Shown here in pieces: positions 1 through 9,012 of a stretch of DNA of 48,438 nt. Under the pieces are notes generated by a model, which had not been told where the DNA came from, did not search any database, and worked only from the letters and a program-made list of their open reading frames with translations. The position numbers and the translations under genes are program-made. The stretch spans positions 1-48,438 of the forward strand of contig JACDBS010000161.1 in NCBI GenBank assembly GCA_013694795.1. Direction: 5' to 3'. The first letter of the stretch is position 1. Each line of letters opens with the position of its first letter. The stretch comes from Chloroflexota bacterium (lineage in GTDB: Bacteria > Chloroflexota > Limnocylindria > QHBO01).

Positions 1-1398
1 CACCTCGCCTCGCGCGACGAGTACGACGATGCGGAGCGCGCCGGGCGTCGGGCGCGCGAGGAGACTGACGCCGCCGAAGCCGCCGCCGCGCGGCACGCGG
101 AGCTGCTCGCCGGCTCTGAGACGGAGCTGGCGGCTCTGTCTGGCGATGCCACCCCATCCGTGGATGCGGGCGTCGTTCACGCGGGGGCCGGCCTGCGCGA
201 CCTCCAGGCGGCCGCCGATGGTGCCCGCGAGCGTCGGGATCGTCTCGCGCAGCAGCGTGACGAGGCGCGGGAGGCATGGACGGCAACCCGCGGAGCGGCC
301 GAGGAGGTCGAAACTCGAACCGCCGGCCTCCGCCGCGAGCGTGGCCTGCGCGAGGCGCGCGTGACGCAGTTCGCCGCCTCCCTCCCCGCCGCGCGGGCCA
401 CGCTGGAACGCCTGACCGATGAGCGCGAGGCGTTGGCCGTGGAGTCGGCGCGCGCTCACCAAGCCGACACCCAGGCCGCAGCGCACCAGAGCGCCGCCGA
501 GGTCACTCGGCGCGCCCGACGCGCGGAGCTGCTCAAGCTGGAAAGTGAGGCCGGTGGCGCCGGCTCGTCCCTTGGCGATCTCGAGCGCGCGGCCCAGGCG
601 ACCGCCATCGAGGCCTCCCGACGCGACGATGCCCTGTCGGCCCTTGCCCGCGAGCGCGAGCTGGCTCTGGAGGGGCTCCCCGAGACCTCGGCCGCAGCGC
701 CGGCCGACGAGATCGACGCGCTCGACGATGAGACGCTCGAGGTTGAGCTGCGGCGCGTGCGACGCACGCTGTCGCAGATCGGCTCGGTCAATCCGTTCGC
801 CGTCGAGGAACACCGCGAAGTGGCGTCCCGGTTGGAGAAGATGACGAGCCAGGACGATGATCTGCGGTCCGCCATCGGTTCGACCGAAGAGCTCATCGCG
901 ACCCTCGACTCCGAGATCAACCAGCAGTTCGGCGCCGCCTTTCGCGCCATCGGTGAGAAGTTCGACGAGTACTGCCAGCTCCTCTTCGCGGGCGGCTCGG
1001 CCTCGCTCCAGATGGCGGAGGAGGCCGATGGCGAGGCACCGGGCGGGATCGAGATCGTGGTGCGCCCGCCCGGCAAGCGCCTCCAGCGCCTTGCCATGCT
1101 CTCCGGTGGCGAGCGCGCGCTCACCGGCGTGGCCCTGCTGTTCGCCATGCTGACCGTGAACCCGGTGCCGTTTTGCATCCTGGACGAAGTCGACGCCGCG
1201 TTGGACGAGGCGAATATCGGCCGTTTCGCGCAGGCGTTGCGCAAGCTGGCGGAATCGATCGATTTCGTGGTCATCACCCACAACCGCGCCACCATCGAGG
1301 TTGCCGACACGATCTACGGAGTGACCATGACCGAAGCGGCCGTCAGCCGCGTCCTCTCGCTGCGGCTGGCCGACGTGCCGGCCGAGATGAGCGTCTAG
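1..1398 (+). CDS. smc: Chromosome segregation protein SMC, C-terminal part (5' end lies outside the window)
   Basis: Frame +1 is open from base 1; the track lists only the part after the ATG at 160. A long Ala/Glu/Arg-rich coiled coil is followed by the ABC signature LSGGERALTGVALLFA and Walker B FCILDEVDAALDE. Gene order is smc-ftsY-ffh. Confidence 0.93.
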   Translation, partial: HLASRDEYDDAERAGRRAREETDAAEAAAARHAELLAGSETELAALSGDATPSVDAGVVHAGAGLRDLQAAADGARERRDRLAQQRDEAREAWTATRGAAEEVETRTAGLRRERGLREARVTQFAASLPAARATLERLTDEREALAVESARAHQADTQAAAHQSAAEVTRRARRAELLKLESEAGGAGSSLGDLERAAQATAIEASRRDDALSALARERELALEGLPETSAAAPADEIDALDDETLEVELRRVRRTLSQIGSVNPFAVEEHREVASRLEKMTSQDDDLRSAIGSTEELIATLDSEINQQFGAAFRAIGEKFDEYCQLLFAGGSASLQMAEEADGEAPGGIEIVVRPPGKRLQRLAMLSGGERALTGVALLFAMLTVNPVPFCILDEVDAALDEANIGRFAQALRKLAESIDFVVITHNRATIEVADTIYGVTMTEAAVSRVLSLRLADVPAEMSV

Positions 1399-1460
1399 TG
1401 TTTCGAGACGACGCGCCGGCACCGACGACGATTGCCCGCCCGCGGCGCGATCCGACCGGG

Positions 1461-2351
1461 ATGGGGCTCCGAGCTCGACCGTCCGGGCTCGGCGCGCGAC
1501 TGCGGTCGATCCTCGGCGCAGGGACTCCCGCGACCGATGCCACCTGGGACGAGGTGGAGGAGGCGCTGATTGCCGCCGACGTGGGCGCAACCACCACGCT
1601 CGAGATCGTGGACGCCGCCCGCGAGCGGTTCCGGCGTGAGAGCGGTGGCAGCGGCGAGGACGCGCGCCGCGCCCTGGCCGCGGAGATCCGTGACCGCCTG
1701 GTGCGCGTGGGATCAGGGCGGTTCGAGCTCGGCCCCGCTCCGTCGGTCATCCTGTTCGTGGGTGTCAACGGCACCGGCAAGACGACAACCATCGCGAAGC
1801 TCGCGGCCAGGCTCAAGGGCGAGGGCCGAACGCTGGTGCTGGCTGCCGCCGATACGTTCCGCGCCGCCGCTGTCGAGCAGTTGCGCATCTGGGGCGAGCA
1901 GGTCGGCGTGCCGGTGGTGGCGCAGCGCGCCGGGGCCGATCCCGGCGCGGTCGCCTTCGACGCGGTCGCGGCGGCCGAGTCACGCGGCCTGGATGCCGTG
2001 CTGGTCGATACCGCGGGACGGCTCCAGAACAAGCAGCAGCTCATGGCCGAGCTGGCCAAGATCCGACGCGTCATCGAGCGACGCCTGCCCGGACAACCGC
2101 GGCACGTGCTGCTGGTCCTCGACGCGACGACGGGCCAGAACGGCATCCTCCAGGCCGAGGCGTTCAGCCGGGAGGCGGGCGTCACCGGCATTGTGCTGAC
2201 CAAGCTCGACGGCACTGCCAAGGGCGGGGTCGCGCTTGCCGCGGCCGACCGCCTGGGCGTTCCCATCCTGTTTGCGGGGGTCGGTGAGGAGATCGACGCC
2301 CTCGCCCCGTTCGACCCGGAGGCGTTCGTCGAATGGCTGCTCAGCGAGTAG
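1461..2351 (+). CDS. ftsY: Signal recognition particle receptor FtsY (short form)
   Basis: SRP-GTPase NG domain: GVNGTGKTTT, DTAGR, TKLDGTAKGG. The track ORF from 1173 runs back through smc. Start placed at ATG 1461; GTG 1398, overlapping the smc TAG, is an alternative. Confidence 0.9.
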   Translation: MGLRARPSGLGARLRSILGAGTPATDATWDEVEEALIAADVGATTTLEIVDAARERFRRESGGSGEDARRALAAEIRDRLVRVGSGRFELGPAPSVILFVGVNGTGKTTTIAKLAARLKGEGRTLVLAAADTFRAAAVEQLRIWGEQVGVPVVAQRAGADPGAVAFDAVAAAESRGLDAVLVDTAGRLQNKQQLMAELAKIRRVIERRLPGQPRHVLLVLDATTGQNGILQAEAFSREAGVTGIVLTKLDGTAKGGVALAAADRLGVPILFAGVGEEIDALAPFDPEAFVEWLLSE

Positions 2352-2356
2352 CTGCG

Positions 2357-2385
2357 TTGCCCGTCCGCGTGGCGACGCCTAGAAT
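2357..2385 (+). promoter_or_regulatory. Candidate sigma70-type promoter upstream of ffh (TTGCCC-N17-TAGAAT)
   Basis: TTGCCC at 2357-2362 and TAGAAT at 2380-2385, read directly in the 90-nt ftsY-ffh gap. No experimental support. Confidence 0.35.
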
Positions 2386-2441
2386 GGGCAGCCGTTTGCC
2401 GGCGCCCGTGTGCCGGGTCTGATTCCCGTATCGGTTCATTC

Positions 2442-3779
2442 ATGTTCGAATCTCTGTCCGCGCGCCTGCAGGGCGTCGCCGAGCGCCTTCGGGGCAAGGC
2501 TCGTATCACCGAGGCCGACCTTGACGCCTCCCTGCGCGAGATCCGGCTGGCCCTGCTGGAGGCCGACGTCAACTTCAAGGTCGTCAAGGGTTTCGTGGCG
2601 CGCGTTCGGGAGCGAGCCGTCGGCGCGGACCTGCTCAGCGGGCTGAATCCAGGCCAGCAGATCGTCAAGATCGTCCACGACGAGCTCGTGGCCGTCCTCG
2701 GCGGCGAGCGCCATCGACTGAATCTGGCCACGAAGCCGGCGGTTGTCATGCTGGTTGGCCTCCAGGGCTCGGGAAAGACGACCACAGCCGCCAAGCTCGC
2801 GGTTCGGGTTCGCAGGGAAGGCAGAAAGCCGCTGCTGGTTGCGGCTGACGTCTATCGCCCGGCCGCGGTCGACCAGCTCGTGCAGCTTGGCGACCAGATT
2901 GGCGCGGAAGTTCACACCCGACCCGTCGGCACGCCGGCGCTCGAGGTGGCGCGTTCGGGCCTGGAGGTGGCGCGCCAGCGCGGGATCGACGTGATGATCC
3001 TCGACACGGCCGGTCGCCTGCACGTCGACGACGCGATGATGGACGAGCTCGTCCGCATCTCCGGCGCCGTGATGCCATCCGAGACACTGCTGGTGGTCGA
3101 TGCCATGACCGGGCAGGAGTCGGTTCGCGTTGCCGAGGCTTTCCACGCCAAGCTGCCTGTCACCGGCCTGGTCCTGACGAAGATGGACGGCGACGCGCGC
3201 GGTGGCGCCGCGCTCAGCATTCGCTCCGCCACCGGCCTGCCGGTCGCATTCCTTGGGACGGGTGAGCGGACCGACGGACTGGAGCCCTTCCATCCCGACC
3301 GCCTGGCGCAGCGCATCCTGGGCATGGGCGACATCCTCAGCTTCGTCGAGCGCGTGCAGGAGAACATCGACACCGCGGAGGCGGAGCGAACCGCGCAGCG
3401 GATGATGGAGAACCGATTCACGCTGGAGGACTTCCGCAGCCAGCTCCGCCAGATCAAGAACGTGGGACCGATCGGCGAGTTGATCGGCATGATCCCGGGG
3501 GCCGGCCAGATGGCAGGCGCCGCGCAGGAGGCGGTCGACTCGGGCCAGATGAAGCGGATCGAGGCGATCATCGACTCGATGACCCCGGAGGAGCGGCGTC
3601 GTCCCGACCTCATCAAGGCGAGCCGCCGCCGCCGGATCGCACTGGGCAGCGGGACCTCGACCGCAGAGGTGAATCGGCTTCTCAAGCAGTTCGTGGAGAT
3701 GCAGAAGATGATGAAGATGCTCTCCGGCGGAAAGGTGCCACGGCTGGGGGGCGGTCTCGGCGCCCTGCTGGGGCGCTGA
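2442..3779 (+). CDS. ffh: Signal recognition particle protein Ffh
   Basis: MFESLSARLQ N-terminus, GLQGSGKTTT, DTAGR, TKMDGDARGG, and a Met-rich M-domain tail (FVEMQKMMKML). Confidence 0.97.
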   Translation: MFESLSARLQGVAERLRGKARITEADLDASLREIRLALLEADVNFKVVKGFVARVRERAVGADLLSGLNPGQQIVKIVHDELVAVLGGERHRLNLATKPAVVMLVGLQGSGKTTTAAKLAVRVRREGRKPLLVAADVYRPAAVDQLVQLGDQIGAEVHTRPVGTPALEVARSGLEVARQRGIDVMILDTAGRLHVDDAMMDELVRISGAVMPSETLLVVDAMTGQESVRVAEAFHAKLPVTGLVLTKMDGDARGGAALSIRSATGLPVAFLGTGERTDGLEPFHPDRLAQRILGMGDILSFVERVQENIDTAEAERTAQRMMENRFTLEDFRSQLRQIKNVGPIGELIGMIPGAGQMAGAAQEAVDSGQMKRIEAIIDSMTPEERRRPDLIKASRRRRIALGSGTSTAEVNRLLKQFVEMQKMMKMLSGGKVPRLGGGLGALLGR

Positions 3780-3783
3780 TCGG

Positions 3784-5346
3784 ATGCAACGCGGGGTCAT
3801 CGCTCTCGTCACGCTCATCGGCCTCACCGGCGCCGCTTTCGTCGCGGGCTACCTGCTGCTCTTCTCCGCATCGACCGATCGAGCCGCCACGCTCGCGCCG
3901 GCGAACAGTGCCTTCTACGTGAATGTCTACCTCCAGCCGTCGACCGGACAGCAGATGAATCTCTCCGGGCTGATCGGCCGCCTGCCGGGCTTCGCGGACG
4001 AGGCCTCGTTGGATGCGAAGGTGGACCAGGTCGTCCAGAACCTGCTCAGCGGCTCGGGCATCGATTACGTCAACGGGGTCAAGCCGTGGGTTGGCAACCA
4101 GGTGGCGATCGCAGGGTGGCCGGCCAGCGAGGACCCGTTGCAGATCGAGGTGGTCGTGATCGCCGAGGTGAAGGACCGCGAGGCGGCCGATGCGGCGATT
4201 GGCGAGCTCGTGGCGGACGGGGGTGCCTCGTTCAGCCCCGAGACCTATGCCGGTGTGGACCTCCAGGTCGACGATGAAGGCGCCTACGGCTTCGTCGACG
4301 ACATGCTCGTCATCGGCACTGGCGCGGACGGCCTGCATGCCGTGGTGGACGCCAGTGGCGATGCGGCGTCGCTTTTCGATCAGGCGGCCTTCCGTGCGAC
4401 GATGGACGCGCTGGCGCCCGACCATCTGGCCTCGGCCTACGTCGACCTGGCGGCGATCGCCGGGTCCGCCGGCGTGGGTGGCCAGTTCGGGAGCTTCAGC
4501 ACCGCGGGCGCCATCCTCGTTGCGGAGCGTGACGGCCTACGGGTGAGCGGGAGCGCCCCGTTCGAGATGACCGCGGCCGCGCCCTCGGCGCGCGACCGCT
4601 TTGCCCTCGGCGGCGAGCCGAGCAGCCTGGTCGACTGGATGCCCGATGGCACACTGGCCGAAGTGGTGGTTTTCGGCCTGGGTCAAACGCTCGCCGACGC
4701 CGAGGCGGCGATCGGTGCCAGCCCGGAGGGGGAGGAGCTCACTGGCCTGCTCGATACCTTCCGCGCCCTCGCCGCCTTCGCGCTCGGAATCGACCTTGAT
4801 GCTGATGTGCTGCCGCTGCTTGATCGCGAGGTGGCCGTTGCTGTGACCGGCCTGGGCGGAACGCTTCCCTCGGGCCAGTTGCTCCTGCGGCCCGACGATG
4901 CGGCTGCGGCCCTCGCAGCGCTCGATCGGATTGCCGAGCGACTGTCGGCGGTCGGGGGTACCTCGCGGACGGAGGATCTCGACGGCACCGAGATCACGGT
5001 GCTCACCATTCCCGACGTCGGGGAGGTCGCATACGCCATGGTCGACGACATCGTCATCCTGGGCCTCGGCAGGGCGGACGTCGCTGCGGCGGTGTTCGCC
5101 CACGACAGCGGCGACTCGCTTGGGAATACCGATGCCTACACTCGGACCTTCGAGGTCGCCGGCACTCGCGCGGGGACGGAGGCATACGTCGATATCGGCG
5201 CGCTGGTGGAGCTCTTGGGGGATGGCGTCGAGCTGGGCGACGACATGCGCGATATCCTCTTGCAGATCGGGACCTTCGGGCTGACCGTTCCGTCCCGAGA
5301 TGATCAGATCGAATTCCACGCGGTGCTGACGGTCGACGAGCCGTGA
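3784..5346 (+). CDS. Membrane-anchored or secreted protein of unknown function, DUF3352-like
   Basis: 520-aa ORF with high GC3. N-terminal hydrophobic helix (VIALVTLIGLTGAAFVAGYLLLF). The segment SGIDYVNGVKPWVGNQVAIAGWP resembles the DUF3352 family as I remember it; this was not searched. Confidence 0.7.
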   Translation: MQRGVIALVTLIGLTGAAFVAGYLLLFSASTDRAATLAPANSAFYVNVYLQPSTGQQMNLSGLIGRLPGFADEASLDAKVDQVVQNLLSGSGIDYVNGVKPWVGNQVAIAGWPASEDPLQIEVVVIAEVKDREAADAAIGELVADGGASFSPETYAGVDLQVDDEGAYGFVDDMLVIGTGADGLHAVVDASGDAASLFDQAAFRATMDALAPDHLASAYVDLAAIAGSAGVGGQFGSFSTAGAILVAERDGLRVSGSAPFEMTAAAPSARDRFALGGEPSSLVDWMPDGTLAEVVVFGLGQTLADAEAAIGASPEGEELTGLLDTFRALAAFALGIDLDADVLPLLDREVAVAVTGLGGTLPSGQLLLRPDDAAAALAALDRIAERLSAVGGTSRTEDLDGTEITVLTIPDVGEVAYAMVDDIVILGLGRADVAAAVFAHDSGDSLGNTDAYTRTFEVAGTRAGTEAYVDIGALVELLGDGVELGDDMRDILLQIGTFGLTVPSRDDQIEFHAVLTVDEP

Positions 5347-5393
5347 GCAATCGAATCAGCCACTCACCGAATCCACACTGAGGTAATCACCAC

Positions 5394-5855
5394 TTGTCAG
5401 TAGCCATCCGGCTGACACGCGTGGGGGCCACGAAGCGCCCCGCCTATCGCGTGATCGCCATCGACAAGCGCCGTTCGCGAGACGGCCGCGCGCTCGAGAT
5501 CCTCGGGTTCTATGACCCGCTGACCGAGCCGGCAACCGTGCAGCTCAACACCGAGAAGATCACCGGCTGGATCGCCAAGGGTGCCCAGCCGTCGGAGACC
5601 GTGGTGAAGCTCATGCGTCAGGCCGAGAGGGCAGCGACAGCTCCCGGCGAGGCGGAGAAGCCGAAGCGGGCCACCCGGCCCACCAAACCGAAGGCGTCGA
5701 GCAAGGCGGCCACCAAGGCGAAGGCAAAGGCAGGGGCCGATGCGGAGGCCGAGGCTCTCGCCACCGAGGAGGCTCCTGCCGATACAACTTCAATTCAGGA
5801 GCTTTCGGCTGCCGAGGAGGCCCCGGTCGACGAGACTGAGAAGGCAGGCGCGTGA
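5394..5855 (+). CDS. rpsP: 30S ribosomal protein S16 with Lys/Ala-rich then acidic C-terminal extension
   Basis: TTG start, with GAGG 9 nt upstream. AIRLTRVGATKRPAYRVIAIDKRRSRDGRALEILGFYDP is the S16 core. At 153 aa it is well beyond the usual ~85 aa. Confidence 0.95.
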   Translation: MSVAIRLTRVGATKRPAYRVIAIDKRRSRDGRALEILGFYDPLTEPATVQLNTEKITGWIAKGAQPSETVVKLMRQAERAATAPGEAEKPKRATRPTKPKASSKAATKAKAKAGADAEAEALATEEAPADTTSIQELSAAEEAPVDETEKAGA

Positions 5856-6091
5856 AAGAGTTCCTCGAATACGTCGCTAAGTCCCTCGTCGACAAGCCCG
5901 ACGCGGTCTGGGTCGAGGTCGATGACGATGCCGACGAGACCGTCCTGACCCTGAGTGTTGACCAAGAGGATATGGGGCGCGTCATCGGGCGGGACGGACG
6001 GATCGCAAACGCCCTCCGCAGCCTCCTGCGCGTGATGGCCACCCGGGATGGGCGCCATGTCGAGCTCGAGATCGTTTCCGACGCCGATTGA
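5852..6091 (+). CDS. KH domain RNA-binding protein (YlqC/UPF0109-like)
   Basis: 79 aa. GTG start overlaps the rpsP stop (GTGA). KH-type MGRVIGRDGRIANALRSLL. Conserved slot between rpsP and rimM. Confidence 0.85.
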   Translation: MKEFLEYVAKSLVDKPDAVWVEVDDDADETVLTLSVDQEDMGRVIGRDGRIANALRSLLRVMATRDGRHVELEIVSDAD

Positions 6092-6581
6092 GCGTCGCCT
6101 GGCGATCGCACGGGTCCTGGGTCCGAAGGGCCTGAGGGGAGGCGTCCGGATCGAGCTGCTGACGGACTGGCCGGAGCGCCTGGCGCCCGGCGTCGATGTC
6201 TGGCCGGAGGGTGACGAGCAGCCGATGCGGATCGCCCGTGTCGAGTTGGGCGGGCGCGTGCCGGTCCTGTACCTCGAGGGCATCGCATCACGCGAGGCGG
6301 CCGAGCTCGTCAGCGGCCGCTACCTCGAGGCCCCCGCTCACGATCTCGACCCCGGCGCGTACTTCTGGAGCGACCTTGTCGGGCTTCGCGTGGAGGAGCC
6401 CGACGGTACGCCCGTCGGCGAGCTAGTCGAGATCTTCCGCGCCGGGGGCAACGAGGTGTACCGCGTCGCCGGAGCCGGTGGTGAGCGCCTCGTTCCGGCG
6501 CTCCGCAGTGTCGTGCGGCGGATCGACCTCGCCGCCGGACTGATGGTGATCGCCGCAGATGACGCCGAGGAGGTCCGCTGA
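6048..6581 (+). CDS. rimM: Ribosome maturation factor RimM
   Basis: [17 protein letters not shown] near the N-terminus, a PRC-barrel-like C-terminus, and a position between the KH gene and trmD. Start is uncertain: ATG 6048 or 6057, both overlapping the KH gene. Confidence 0.88.
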   Translation: MGAMSSSRSFPTPIERRLAIARVLGPKGLRGGVRIELLTDWPERLAPGVDVWPEGDEQPMRIARVELGGRVPVLYLEGIASREAAELVSGRYLEAPAHDLDPGAYFWSDLVGLRVEEPDGTPVGELVEIFRAGGNEVYRVAGAGGERLVPALRSVVRRIDLAAGLMVIAADDAEEVR

Positions 6582-6585
6582 GCCG

Positions 6586-7314
6586 ATGCGGATCGATGTC
6601 GTCACCATCTTCCCTGAGCTGTTCGAGCTGCCACTGCGGACATCGATCATCGGCCGCGCCGCAGAAGGTGGATTGGTGGACTTCGGCATCCACGATCTTC
6701 GCGAGCATGGACTCGGCCGGCACCGATCGGTTGACGACTATCCCTACGGCGGGGGAGCGGGGATGGTGATGCGCCCCGAGCCGCTGTTCGGCGCGATCGA
6801 GCCGCTGCGCAACGCCGGTGCGCACGTGATCCTGCTGGATCCGGCCGGCGAGCGCCTGACCGATGCTCTTGCGCGCGACCTCGCGCTCCAGCCACGGCTT
6901 GCGCTCGTCTGCGGCCGCTACGAGGGGATCGACGAGCGCGTCCGCGCCCTGGTCGACCGCGAGGTGAGCATCGGCGACTATGTCCTCACCGGTGGGGAGC
7001 TTCCGGCGCTGGTGCTGATCGACACCGTCGTGCGCCTGCTCCCGGGCGCGATTGCCGAGGCCTCGCACACTGGCGACTCGTTTGCCGCCGGCCTGCTGGA
7101 GCACCCGCAGTACACGCGCCCCGAGGCCTTCCGCAAGATGGCCGTGCCTGCGGTCCTGCTCTCGGGTAACCACGCCGAGGTGGACCGATGGCGCCGCCGC
7201 GAGGCCCTCCGCCGCACCCTGGCGCGCCGGCCGGACCTGCTGGGGGCCGCGCCGCTGACCGATGCCGATCGGTCCATCCTCGAGGAACTGCGCGCGGTCG
7301 ACGAGGAATCCTGA
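6586..7314 (+). CDS. trmD: tRNA (guanine37-N1)-methyltransferase TrmD
   Basis: [48 protein letters not shown]. Start set at ATG 6586, 4 nt after the rimM stop, rather than the track start 6559. Confidence 0.95.
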   Translation: MRIDVVTIFPELFELPLRTSIIGRAAEGGLVDFGIHDLREHGLGRHRSVDDYPYGGGAGMVMRPEPLFGAIEPLRNAGAHVILLDPAGERLTDALARDLALQPRLALVCGRYEGIDERVRALVDREVSIGDYVLTGGELPALVLIDTVVRLLPGAIAEASHTGDSFAAGLLEHPQYTRPEAFRKMAVPAVLLSGNHAEVDRWRRREALRRTLARRPDLLGAAPLTDADRSILEELRAVDEES

Positions 7315-7320
7315 GCCGTC

Positions 7321-7350
7321 TTGCCCGCTTCCGGCCAGCGCTGCTATACT
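7321..7350 (+). promoter_or_regulatory. Candidate promoter upstream of rplS (TTGCCC-N18-TGcTATACT, extended -10)
   Basis: TTGCCC at 7321-7326, TG at 7342-7343, TATACT at 7345-7350, in the 103-nt trmD-rplS gap. Confidence 0.4.
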
Positions 7351-7417
7351 CCCCGGCGTCGCGGCCGCCATGCGCGGTCGCGTTCATGCGTCCCATTGGT
7401 CCGCGAGGTCGCCCGGA

Positions 7418-7765
7418 ATGAATGCCATCAAGGAGCTCGAGCGTGAGCAGCTCCGCACCGACGTACCGGAGATCGCCCCTGGCGACACGGTTCGCGTTTC
7501 GGTGAAGGTGGTGGAGGGCACCCGCGAACGAATCCAGGTCTTCGAGGGCACCGTCATGCGCATGCGCGGCGGTGGCCTGAACAGGGCAATCACCGTGCGC
7601 CGTATTGCCAGCGGCGTCGGCGTGGAGCGAACGTTCATGCTCCATGCGCCGCGCATCGAGAAGATCGAGGTTGTGCGGCACGGCGTCGCTCGACGCGCGC
7701 AGCTCTACTTCCTCCGCGATCGGGTCGGGAAGGCGGCCACGCTCCGCGAGCGCCGCGCCAACTGA
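7418..7765 (+). CDS. rplS: 50S ribosomal protein L19
   Basis: [38 protein letters not shown], 115 aa. The track start 7262 is an upstream extension. Confidence 0.96.
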   Translation: MNAIKELEREQLRTDVPEIAPGDTVRVSVKVVEGTRERIQVFEGTVMRMRGGGLNRAITVRRIASGVGVERTFMLHAPRIEKIEVVRHGVARRAQLYFLRDRVGKAATLRERRAN

Positions 7766-7826
7766 TCCGGTGCGGCGACGCCGCAATCTGCGCTCGCGCG
7801 CCGGAGCCTCCGGATAGACTGAAACC

Positions 7827-8543
7827 GTGACCGATTCCAGGCGCCCGGGACGCATCGTGAAGCCCTCCACGCGCATCGAGCGCACCCACTGGAACGCCGG
7901 CCGCACGCGGCTTGTCGGGGCCGATGCCGTGGGCGTCGCCTGTCTGAGCGGACCGGTGATGGCCGCTGCAGTCGTCATGCCGCCATTCGGCCGTCGCATC
8001 CCCGGCATCCGCGACTCGAAGATGCTGTCGCGTGCCCAGCGCGAGCGGCTCTTCCCCATCATCATGCGACGCGCGTCCTTCGTGGGCATAGGTGCCGCCA
8101 GCGTTGCCGAGATTGACAGGCTGAACATCTACCACGCCACCAACCTGGCCATGCGGCGTGCCATCTGCCGCATTCCCCGACGCGAGCATGTCCTGATTGA
8201 TGGGCTGCGGGTGCATGGGCTCGAAGAGCACGTCGGCTCGTATACCGCCATCGTGCGCGGCGACGCACATTGCTACTCGATCGCCGCCGCTTCCATCGTG
8301 GCCAAGGTGATGCGCGATCGGCTCATGGACCGGCTCGCCGCCCGTTACCCGCATTACGGATGGGAGCACAACGTCGGCTACGCCACGCTCGACCACCGGC
8401 GAGGGATCGAGGAGCACGGCATCACGCGATTCCATCGTCGATCATTCGCGCGCGTCAGAGCGGTCGAGGTGGGCACCCAGCTCGAGCTGGAGCTCAGCGA
8501 CGCCCGGATTGAGTGGCGTGAGGAGCTCCCCGTCCCGGCCTGA
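7827..8543 (+). CDS. rnhB: Ribonuclease HII homologue with degenerate first catalytic motif
   Basis: DSKMLS, EIDRLNIYHATNLAM, LIDG, RGDAHCYSIAAASIVAKVMRD, HRRSF. Syntenic position after rplS. The canonical GxDEaGRG motif reads GADAVGVA here. Confidence 0.85.
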   Translation: MTDSRRPGRIVKPSTRIERTHWNAGRTRLVGADAVGVACLSGPVMAAAVVMPPFGRRIPGIRDSKMLSRAQRERLFPIIMRRASFVGIGAASVAEIDRLNIYHATNLAMRRAICRIPRREHVLIDGLRVHGLEEHVGSYTAIVRGDAHCYSIAAASIVAKVMRDRLMDRLAARYPHYGWEHNVGYATLDHRRGIEEHGITRFHRRSFARVRAVEVGTQLELELSDARIEWREELPVPA

Positions 8544-8633
8544 GCCCATCCCTTCAGTACGGCAGCGTCGGCACCGCGCCGGGATCCAGGCGCGATAAGC
8601 CGCCGGTAAGGGACCGCGTGCGAAGATCTTTCG

Positions 8634-9005
8634 ATGACGAATCCGCGGCATTCACTCGGGCTGGCCGCGGAGGACGCGGTTGCGGTCTGGCTGTCGGCCT
8701 GTGGCTGGCGGTTGGTCGCCCGACGACACCGATCGACGGATGGTGGCGAGGTGGATCTCGTGGCTCTCGATCCAACGCGGGTCCTCGTTGCGATCGAGGT
8801 ACGGGCGAGACGGACCATGCGCAACGGCGCCGCCGCGGCCAGCGTGGATCAGCGACGGATCGGCCGCCTCGGCCGCAGCCTGGCGAGCATCGCTGCATCG
8901 TGCGGCGAGGCCCATGAAGGGCTGCGGATTGATCTCGTCACGGCCGAGCCGGCGGCCGATCAGCCTGGCCGCTGGCGCCTGCGACGCATCCCGGGCATCG
9001 GATGA
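8634..9005 (+). CDS. yraN: YraN family (UPF0102) endonuclease-like protein
   Basis: GGEVDLVALD...LVAIEVRAR core, 123 aa, conserved slot after rnhB. Confidence 0.8.
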   Translation: MTNPRHSLGLAAEDAVAVWLSACGWRLVARRHRSTDGGEVDLVALDPTRVLVAIEVRARRTMRNGAAAASVDQRRIGRLGRSLASIAASCGEAHEGLRIDLVTAEPAADQPGRWRLRRIPGIG

Positions 9006-9012
9006 TCCTTGG

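Noticed and set aside
1173-1460. Upstream extension of ftsY in the ORF track
   Set aside because: It overlaps the 3' end of smc in another frame and adds an Arg/Gly-rich segment unlike any FtsY N-terminus. Starts at GTG 1398 or ATG 1461 fit the NG-domain length.
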